Positions 11,179-20,000 of a stretch of DNA of 20,000 bases are shown here, piece by piece. A program made the position numbers and the translations under genes. A model generated the notes under the pieces. The model saw nothing but the letters and a program-made list of their open reading frames with translations. It was not told the DNA's origin and did no database searches. This stretch comes from Dimargaris cristalligena. Taxonomy: Eukaryota. Location of the stretch: positions 49,233-69,232 of the forward strand of contig ML002229.1 of NCBI GenBank assembly GCA_003614675.1. Direction: 5' to 3'. How positions within the stretch are numbered: the stretch's first letter is position 1; the number at the start of each line of letters is the position of its first letter.

Positions 11179-11505
11179 TTATTATGAATTCTGTCCGATC
11201 CTAGCTAATAGGCAATACTGAGAACTATGAGAAGTTGGTCTATCCACTTGATCCTGGGGATTTCGGTCACTCGATACTGCGTCCCCTTTAACGAATCTGC
11301 ACTAAAGTTTAAACTATACAATGTTATTATCCAATTACCCCCATCCGGGTCTATATTATTTGTTATCAAAATAAAAGGAGCTGATGAACTCACGTAAAGA
11401 TGGCAATATTTAGGCAATACTTCAAAGCCGCGACCAATGTAAAGTCATATTTACAATGTCAGTAAGCATACAATCAACGCCGAATAGTAGTTGTTATTTA
11501 TATGA

Positions 11506-11537
<32 letters not shown>
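11506..11537. repeat. Compound microsatellite (AT)12(GT)4 between the convergent secreted-protein and SKI8 3' ends
   Basis: Read directly from the sequence. Confidence 0.9.
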
Positions 11538-11538
<1 letters not shown>

Positions 11539-11564
11539 GAGTATTGACCCATACTATCCACAAG

Positions 11565-12727
11565 TTAGAGAGCCCGGTACCACCGCAAGCTCCGGTCTTC
11601 CGACACCGAGACCAGGTGGTTGCCCTGATCATTGAAGGCCACGTCCCATACATGGTCCTGGTGGTGGGAGAGCGTTTCAGTGCACTGCCGCATCCGAGTG
11701 CTCCAAAGTTTCACGGTGTGGTCGCCCGATGCGGTGGCAATCTGGTCACCATCGGGGTGAATGGCTACGGAGAGGACCCACGACGAATGGCCGGAGAAGG
11801 CCGCGATGAGGTTGCCGTGTCGGGCGTCGTAGACCTGCACCCGGTGGTCATCCGAGCCGGAATATAAGCGGGTGGAGTCTGGGCTAAATGCCACCGTTCG
11901 GACTACAGTAGCATGACCTAGGTAGTCCAATGAAAGAATAGGTGGGCAAAGGCCGGAGTCCAGTCAGTGGAAGGTTGTCGGGGGAACAAGAAAGATTAGT
12001 ACATTGTTCGTTTAGTGTCTTGACCAAGCGATCTTCATCCATGAAGGTCTAGCCCGTTGCTATTTATCAAACCAGCGTGGGGCTAATAGGGGGTCTGGGA
12101 TTAAACTGACCATCAACCGAATTACCAATGGCCATATGCACAAACATGATGCTTTGTTAAGAAAACCCCCTCACATATGGCATATCACTTACCGCTTAAG
12201 CTGTGTAGAAGTTTGCCTGATTCGATATCAAATACATCGACATTCCCGGCCTTCGTCCCGCAGGCCAGGTACTTGCCGTTGGGGCTGTAGGCCACGGCCA
12301 TGGCAAACGACGGGGAAGCCTTAACTTCCTGCACCGGGGTGTCGGAAGCCACGGACCATAATCGGACGATGCCGCCTTCGCCTCCCGTGGCGAACCCCTG
12401 GCCGTCGGGGGCTAGCGTGACCCCCCACGTCTGGGCCGGTTCGGTCTGCCAGCGTTGCAGGGACTGACCCGTGGCCAAATCCCACCTGAACAGCTGGCCG
12501 TCTAAGCCGGCGCTTAAAGCTACGGTCCCGGCAGCGTCGGTGGTGACGGAGGTGACCCCAAGGACATGCCCCGGCAGGGACCGGATAAGGTCGCCGGTGG
12601 AGGCGTGCCAGCAGTGAATGGACTCATCCACGGAACCGGTGATGACCATATTGGCGCCACTGGCCCAGGCGACGGCCCAGATGCCGTCGGTATGGGCGTC
12701 GGGGGTTTCTTGGTCTACGGTGTACAT
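11565..12727 (-). CDS. SKI8: WD40-repeat protein Ski8/Rec14/WDR61 (SKI complex; PAF1C in metazoa), 2 exons (12193-12727, 11565-11917), about 295 aa
   Basis: N-terminal AHTDGIWAVAW and GHVLGVTSV resemble WDR61/Rec14. FSGHSSWVLSV and HQDHVWDVAFN...LVSVSEDRSL match the WDR61 C-terminal blades. One phase-1 GTAAGT...CTAG intron joins two ORFs into a stand-alone beta-propeller. Confidence 0.88.
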
Positions 12728-13253
12728 GGGCTGGGGGTAGGAGGGTATGCAATGCGGATAGTCGAGGCTTAAGGGACTGTAAATGTATAGGCAGGTAGTA
12801 GGTAGTCGACGAGGGTAAAATTAGAACGGAAGAAACTCGGGAACGAGGCAGTCGAAACTCCTATTGGCAATGGGGTATTCACCATAGAACCACCACGCCC
12901 CCTTGCACTTTACAAATAGGCCTTACTTGTCAGTCGTGGTGGCTATAAGGGGGAGAGGGTTGGTGCCAGGAATTCTGTACAGTATGGGTTCCAAATAGTC
13001 ACGTTATCTATTGGGTTGGTTAAGCGACACACTTTAGGTGAGAGGTTTGGACAATTAACCTACAAAAATATTCGGGGAACTACTCCAAATTGTAAAAAAA
13101 AACAACATATATCGAGCCAATACACCGAATTCGGGCTAGACCGTACTCTGCAATCGCACTTCCTTTTATCCTTGTCCATTCTCTCCCTCTGGCATTGCAG
13201 TGCCCGGCCCCCCTACCCTACGATTCCATTAACTTTTCCTTTCTTAATACACC
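12728..13253. promoter_or_regulatory. Divergent intergenic/promoter region shared by SKI8 and BUD23
   Basis: 526 bp between two outward-facing ATGs, with pyrimidine-rich leaders on each coding strand and an A9 tract near 13094. Confidence 0.55.
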
Positions 13254-14627
13254 ATGTCGCGCCCCGAACACATCGCCCCGCCCGAGCTTGTAAGTCAGGC
13301 CCTTCGAATGGGCAAACTCTATCGGCTATAGCTTAAGCTCTGGTCCCTCCTGCGTTATAAAACCCCCTCAGTGCCAACCCCAACTTACCTTCGCTTATAT
13401 TTACGTACAATTCCACACTCCCCCCGTTTAGTTCTACAATGAAACCGAGGCCCAGAAATACACCAGCAAGTAAGTTTGCCTTTGAATCAATATCGCTGAT
13501 AGAACCATTCATACCCGTCGATCAATATCAAGTTCAAATGGGTAATATACGGCATGGCCATTTCCAGCCTCATCCCGTTTATGTTCTTGGAAAAACCGCA
13601 ATCCTCTTCGATTGGTTTTACCAACTAATATGCACCTCTATATTCCCGATCGCCACTATCTATACCAATAGTTCCCGCATTGCCTCCGTCCAAGCCGAAA
13701 TGGCCTTCCGGGCCATCGAATTGCTGTGCCTCCCCGAAGACAAAAGCTGTCTACTTCTCGATATTGGATGCGGTTCGGGTTTGAGCGGTGAGGTGCTGGA
13801 GGAGGAAGGTCACACCTGGGTCGGCCTGGATATTTCCCCATCGATGTTGGAAATCGCCCGCGACCGTGAGGTTGAAGGTGATTTGATGCTGCAGGACGTT
13901 GGCCAAGGCCTCGGATTCCGCCCCGGTACTTTCGAGGGTGCTATTAGGTAAATATCTTTAAAATATCCTCCCTCCCTCATATACTCTATTTTTTTTTCTT
14001 GGTGATATAGCCCAGAGGCAATATTGTCGATTTTACTATGTAAAAAAACCCCCCCTATAGCAAACTAACCCCGTATTCCCACGCAATTCATTAATTTCGT
14101 CCACCTTGCCCTAACGATCGACCCTCAGTATCTCCGTACTACAGTGGCTCTGCAACGCCGATAGCAAAACCAATATTCCCAAAGCCCGGCTCATGCGGTT
14201 TTTCACCACCCTATACAGTTGCCTGGTCAATGGGTCCCGGGCCGTTTTCCAATTCTACCCCGAAAACGACGACCAGTTGGATCTCATCATGGGCTGTGCG
14301 ACGCGGTGCGGGTTTACGGGTGGTCTAGTCATTGACTACCCCAACAGTAAGAAGGCCAAGAAGTTCTACCTCTGTTTATTCGCCGGCCAAGGCCAGGGTG
14401 CTAAACCCCAGCTGCCCCAGGGCCTGGGCACGGATGAGACGGCTGACCCCCAAGGAGCCCAGTTCTCCCAAACCCGGAATCGTACGCGAGGCCCCAAGGG
14501 CGGACCCCGCGTGTCAGTCAAGGACAAGCACTGGATCATGCGTAAAAAGGATGCCGCCCGGACCCGGGGTGAAACCGTGGCTAATGATTCTAAATATACC
14601 GGCCGCAAACGTCGCGTAAAATTTTAA
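13254..14627 (+). CDS. BUD23: 18S rRNA guanine-N7 methyltransferase Bud23/WBSCR22, 4 exons (13254-13289, 13432-13469, 13672-13947, 14129-14627), about 282 aa
   Basis: Spliced N-terminus [31 protein letters not shown] motif [48 protein letters not shown] and C-terminal [12 protein letters not shown]. The 849-nt frame uses canonical introns. Confidence 0.97.
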
Positions 14628-16072
14628 ACGGTCTCTTGCTATATTTGGAGGGAGAATCGGCTGGATTTTTTTGGGCCTTTTTTTTATTTTATTATTATCG
14701 TATTTTTGGTAGGGGAACGAGTAGCCTCCTGTTCAACTCGGTTGACGCATTGAAATTATAAACCCCATGGCTCTTGTCGCTTAACCAGTTATATTACGCA
14801 GTCCATTTTTTTTGCGACAGGCATTTCGTGTTAAATAGATTACGCTTGTTACCTCCACTTAGCCGGTCGGGTGTCCCTCCATGCCATTCTCTATACTCTT
14901 AGTTGGAAGTCACTAGGCATAGGCACAATATACACCATTCTTGGGTCTCATGCCGGATATAAATGTTCGAAAATGATAATCGACCGTCAGATTGTATGGT
15001 GTCCAACATCGATTGGTCCAATACTATTTCAATATACTGCCATCTAAATATAACCAAATGCACTGTGGCAGTAGTGCACTGACCATTCCCCCTACCTGCT
15101 ACACTTTTAAGGCACTATCCTCGTTAAAGATTTAGAACATAGCCTGCATTGGGTAGAAAGGCGGTCAATCACGGATTATTTACCAATTAGCTGCACTAGG
15201 TGTCCGGCTCGGTATTTAAAGCACTCCCGCTATACATCATTTCTCTCCATCGTTCATAAATGGCGGTTGAAATGGCAAACTGCCTGAGTATCCCGGCAGG
15301 GTCTTATTTTGGCTTGATAGATAAATGATAATATAGTAAAGATACTGCATTATTCTAATACGAATGCAACAGAATATAAAAATCAACATAGTACAGCTCT
15401 TGACAAACACGAGTAGGTTGCTGCCGTGTATTTTGTCTATTACTATTATGTTTTTTTATCAATTGAAATGGCTGCTATCCACTCTATCCACTCTATCCCC
15501 ATTCTACGGATTCTTTATTTCGCTACTAGTATGCTCATTTATTCCGCCTCCTGTAAAAACCGGTTGGTACACCACCTATGCACATAATGATTTTTAAAAG
15601 GGATACTGTCGTGCCTTGAACCAAACCATAGTGTGTAACTATTATAAGTACCGGCTACTGGTTCTGGAATGGAATGGACTATAGATGTCCGACAAACTGA
15701 CTAGTGAAATGGCTTCAGGGGAAATATATGTATAGTATAATAGCAGCTTTATTGAAGTTGATACCAGATAGCAACCACAAATGAGGGATCAAATGACTAA
15801 GCCATGGAAACAGCGGAAAGGCCGAGCGAGAGGGGGGGCAGCATCCCTGTTTCTCTGGAAGTAGCGAGTGGGATCTAGGTTGATTGGGGATAAAATTGGC
15901 TCTGCTTGTTAGATGGGGTTGGTTTGATGTTCTTCACGCGGAAGGCACAGTATGGGGGAAGAGCAAAAGGATACGTTGTCCATAGGACAGTCGTGGGTGG
16001 GTAGGTGTTACGAAGGGTGAGGGCTATGCGAGATCCAGGCACTTTTGTAAAGAACCGCACAGTGGGTCAATG

Positions 16073-16321
16073 CTACATGTCTGGGTTAGGGTCGGGGACT
16101 CGGTCTTCCCCATCAGTGCTTGGAGAGGGTACAGGGGCTGGGGCGGGGGTAGGGGTAGGAATGTGCATTGGTCTACTGATTAGTCCGTTCTGGTAGCTAT
16201 AAATTATAAAATGCTGGCAAATTGGGGCCCTCGGATCATGGGTAGGCAGATCCCGAAGGGCGACGTGGGTGGCTATAGTGCCACATCGTTGAAGGATACT
16301 GCAATGCCGGATTTGGATCAT
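16073..16321 (-). CDS. Possible 82-aa orphan microprotein with a Cys/His-containing N-half and a Pro-rich acidic tail
   Basis: GCCATG start, TATATAAAG on the minus strand at about 16452-16460 followed by a C/T-rich leader, and minus-strand AATAAA at 15748-15753. No recognisable homology. Confidence 0.3.
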   Translation of the reverse strand: MIQIRHCSILQRCGTIATHVALRDLPTHDPRAPICQHFIIYSYQNGLISRPMHIPTPTPAPAPVPSPSTDGEDRVPDPNPDM

Positions 16322-18370
16322 GGCAGAGTGTCTATAGGCAATTGAGCCGGAATCGAACGTAGAATGAGCGGTTGACTGGGGTTCAACAGTAGTGCGACGG
16401 TATGTTATAGAAAAAAGGGCTTATATTATTGATAAGAAGAGGAGAGGTCTACTTTATATACATATATACGATTACTTAATTTCATCGTTTTTTCTACCCA
16501 GCGAGTTGCCATTCTCCTGCTACGCGGACCCTACCGGGAAAGCGAAAGCCCGAAATATGACCATGGGTGGGCGTTGGTTCCTTAATCTTCATTGAAAATA
16601 TACAATTCGATTGGAACTTTCAGGGATTGCTGTCTCTGGAGCGTGGGGGCGGATAATGACATAGGCGGGATCTACCATACAAAACAACCGCCAACTCATG
16701 TGTTGGCTTGTACGTTATGGGTAATATATTCTGGTTACAGTGCTGCCATATGAGTAAAATCCAAATGCCTTTAAACTTTTACCTCCAATGCAATACACCG
16801 AAAAAATCCCGCAGCAGTAGTGATTGCAGAGCTTCAACTCGTCAAATTCCAAATCAACTGGTATCTCCCGTGACTTTAAATCTTCGGCCCTGTATACGAT
16901 ATTTATGAAAGGAGTCTTAAATCTTCCTCTACCACCTACGCATCAAAAATAACGACAACCTAAATCTTCCGATTCCCCTTGCAAGTATTGAGTTTGCATT
17001 CCATATTCGTAGTCCCTCCGTCCCTATTCCCTATTACTCGATTACCATAGACTGTCGCCTATAGATACGCCTGGCCAATCCTTATTTGCACAGATATTTT
17101 ACTCTCGATTTCCATTAAGCTAGCAGGCAGCATACGTCCGTACTTTCGAAGAAAATGGATACCAGGTTATCCACAATCTTCCTATTTTCATCCGGCAATG
17201 TCCCTATAGTTTACCTGGTATTAGTCATTAAGGGCATCTGGTCAGTAGCACACATGCACCGTTTTGCCAGTTTATAGAAAGACTCGATCACATGCTATTT
17301 GCTCGACTATAAATAATGGTATTGGGGTGAGTAGTGCTGTGAATTCCTAACCAACTCCCGTACAATGCTGGCCCTTATTTACCCTGTATATATTATGTTT
17401 TATATCACCAAGCTGAGGTGAAATATGACGGTATCATGGAATATGGGACCGTGTTATCGACCATGAAGAACGCTAGTGTCATGGGTTTTTCAGGGGGAAA
17501 AGTCGTCGTAGATACCAGCTGGCCTTACACATCAATGATCTAGCTGGCGCTGTCTGTAACAGTAACGTGTCTCCCATAGTTAGCAATATTCTGGTCATAA
17601 ACAACGTAATATATTGCTCTATTGACTAGCGTATGAACTATGAGACGAGTCTTCAAAGCCCTACCAAGGTTGACTTTTACATTCATTTCTAAAGGTGAGT
17701 TTCACCGCAGCCAAGCAGTCTATATGGCTGGCGAGTGAATGCAACAAACAGCAAACAAATAAATATAACACCACACCAGAGGTCAGATGTGATTAGAGCC
17801 AGTTGGCCAAGTCTTGGCAGCGAAACTTCTTTTAGATGTATAGACCACCTGAATGACGCTATTATAATAGTAGCCCACGTGCATCCTACTAAATGCGTCG
17901 GACAATAAGTATCGCCTACAAAGCACAATCGACAAGACTTAAATAAAGCCCGGAATTACAATGAGGGACCGGTTTACAACATTAGGGTCGGTTCGGATCC
18001 ATACTAATATCTTCCCAATACCTCACTGCTTATTCGGCCAGGTGGGACCTGCCCTGTTGGCTGTTCTGGAGGGATTTGCTGGTTTATCGAATACTAACAT
18101 ATATGATGACTGGCTCACACTCTTGTTATGGATATATCTTGACACTCTAATTCCGATTCGAACCAGTGGGCACTAATTTGTAGTTTAATAGAATTTGCAA
18201 AGGGTCGATGGAAACCGATTCCAACCATATGAGGAGTCGTGTAAGTACTCTGTTGGATAGGCCGATAATGGGGTGCCAACACGCATGTTTTTGAAAGGTG
18301 GTTAACTAGGATAGACGAGAAAACGAAGGCCGAGGGCAGGTTCTCGGCGGAAAGGCGTGCTCGGGCGAAT

Positions 18371-19159
18371 TCAAGAGCCACCGCTGGCGCTACGGCCGTC
18401 TATGATCGTCTCACACACGTCGATAGCGGTGAGTATCAGCAATTCCTTGAAGTCGTTAGCCCATCCGGGAAGGGGGTAAATATTGAGGGTATTGACTTTG
18501 CCAATCTTATCGGTATATTCGGCCACAACGGTATCGCTGCCCTCCTGGTAGCACTTGAGTTCGACGCTCATGAAGGAGGAGTTCTTCCACATGTAATCGT
18601 TGCCGCTGTAGGTGAAGCGGTACCACGTTCGGTGGAAGCCCCATTTCTGGATTAGAACGACCCGGGTGACGGCCCGGGGGTTGATAAATTCCCGCTTGTA
18701 GGGGCTCGGGCATTTGGAGCCATGTTGCCATATTACCTCCCCGGTTCCAGCGTCTTCCAGGCGTTTCTGAAAGCCAAGGGTGCTCGAGAGGCGGTGGTAA
18801 ACGACTTTGCTGTTTTCATCAATGACGTCCTTATCGCGTGCCATGAGTTTGGGGCGCTTAACTAAATAACGAATAGGCTGGCCTATTTTGGTAGTGACAT
18901 AATAAGGGGACGGCTCAATGGGTAGCCAGTATAGTTATTTTAGTGTAAATAGGCCATGGTGGTAAGACCTGACGAGTGCGGGTGATTATAGTGGGTCTTT
19001 GCACTAGTCATCTAGCACAAGTATGGTAGCTAGGGTCCCCACCGAGTCAGGGGCAAGTAAAAATACATGTGCCTGGCTTGGCACTTTATTTTTCGTCACC
19101 ACTCGCCATATTTACGCATGAAGTAAGGGGTGTATCCTATAATACTTACGGTTGCCCAT
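18371..19159 (-). CDS. Hypothetical protein with probable LURP-one/Tubby C-terminal/scramblase-like (DUF6593-like) fold; exon 1 19150-19159 plus exon 2 18371-18882 (alternatives: acceptor at 18861, or unspliced start at 18844)
   Basis: 157-aa ORF with strong coding-type codon usage and the motif order VIDENSKVVY...YRFTYSGNDYMWK...LKC...VVAEY...TLNI followed by a hydrophobic C-terminal helix (ELLILTAIDV). Upstream ACCATGGGCAACC|GTAAGTA splices in frame. The fold is assigned by pattern recognition only. Confidence 0.7.
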
Positions 19160-20000
19160 GGTTTCGGTACGAAAAATTGGGGAGGGGGGAGAGCTTAGTA
19201 GCACAACGACTATGGTAAAGCAGAAAGTAGAGTAAACACTCAGTGAATAGATAGTACCAGGGCACTATAGGTAAAAAAGAGAGCTAAGCAATTGGATTGG
19301 ATGCTTATTTGGTCGAATCCAGCATTTATATATCTCTGTGGTCGCTCAGGCCAGCGTAATAAATGCCAAGAAATGGCCAAATTAGGCAGGGTGTGCCATT
19401 TTTTTAAGTCTGCCAACCCCACCTGGACTGGAAAACAGTCTAACACCCCTTATCAGCAGGCGAATAGAGAACCCCGTAAAAGTGTAGTCCCATGGCCCGG
19501 GGATCCGGGAGGGTTCTGTGTGTCCCTGCCGGGTTGAAGAGCACCGGGCCGTGAGGGGGGGGAGACCGGAAACAGCCATTCAAGAGGGGAGCGAGGACGG
19601 GATGGAGAGGGCGGAGGGGATACCTCCGGACTCTCAGTGTACTGGCGTTTCAAACGGAACATATTTTAAATGAAATAATATTTATATATATATGTAAATC
19701 AAACTTAAGGACCGTGGCTACTTTTCCTTCGCTCTTCGACGGCCTTGTAAAATTAATTAGTTAATAGATTGGATTTTGTAGGAGAAGTTTTTATTTAATA
19801 ATAAGGATGGTTTTTTATGGATTTTATAATGATATAGATAGGTTTTTTCTGCCGGATTTTTCCCCCCAAATTAGTGAGCAAAATAGGCGGGTTTTTATAC
19901 CCGAATTGCAAGACTATGATAGAATGATCGCTAGGGGCGCCGAATGGTCGTTGACGATGATTTCTCCCGTCTCGACCATTCTCCTTCAACACTTTATGAC

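Noticed and set aside
15364..15597. 77-aa hydrophobic ORF, and similar short ORFs between 16392 and 18381
   Set aside because: AT-rich composition without coding-type codon bias; hydrophobicity is explained by T-richness and a small CTATCCACT tandem repeat.
16340..16630. Short matches to a tRNA T-loop (GTTCGATTCC, minus), the U11 5' end (AAAAAGGGCTT) and U3 box A (ACTTTCAGGGAT)
   Set aside because: Each match is only 10-12 nt, with no flanking stems or continued similarity.
19795..20000. Minus-strand frame open to the window edge, possibly the 3' end of an off-window gene
   Set aside because: No recognisable motif and it runs into A-rich UTR-like sequence; it cannot be judged without the adjacent sequence.
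1..20000. CRISPR arrays, transposons, rRNA/tRNA genes, U12-type introns, biosynthetic gene cluster
   Set aside because: No spaced repeat arrays, terminal repeats or transposase/RT motifs were seen. All modelled introns have U2-type GT-AG ends, and the genes are functionally unrelated housekeeping genes.

Overview
Eukaryotic, intron-containing genomic DNA, most likely from an early-diverging fungus. This is inferred from fungal-type proteins, short intergenic spacers and canonical GT-AG introns of about 130-310 nt; the species cannot be determined from the window. Five conserved housekeeping genes could be spliced by hand into complete frames: RPA1/RFA1 (-), kynureninase (-), Rab geranylgeranyltransferase alpha BET4 (+), SKI8/WDR61 (-) and BUD23 (+). 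KYNU/BET4 and SKI8/BUD23 are head-to-head pairs. The lineage-specific content is an intronless 196-aa protein with both an N-terminal signal peptide and a C-terminal PTS1-type tripeptide (-AKL), a LURP-one/Tubby-C-like protein with a probable 10-nt first coding exon, and a doubtful 82-aa Pro-rich ORF. The signal peptide + AKL protein is the most interesting item. No tRNA, rRNA, CRISPR array or transposon was recognised, and no clear novel multi-gene system is evident.
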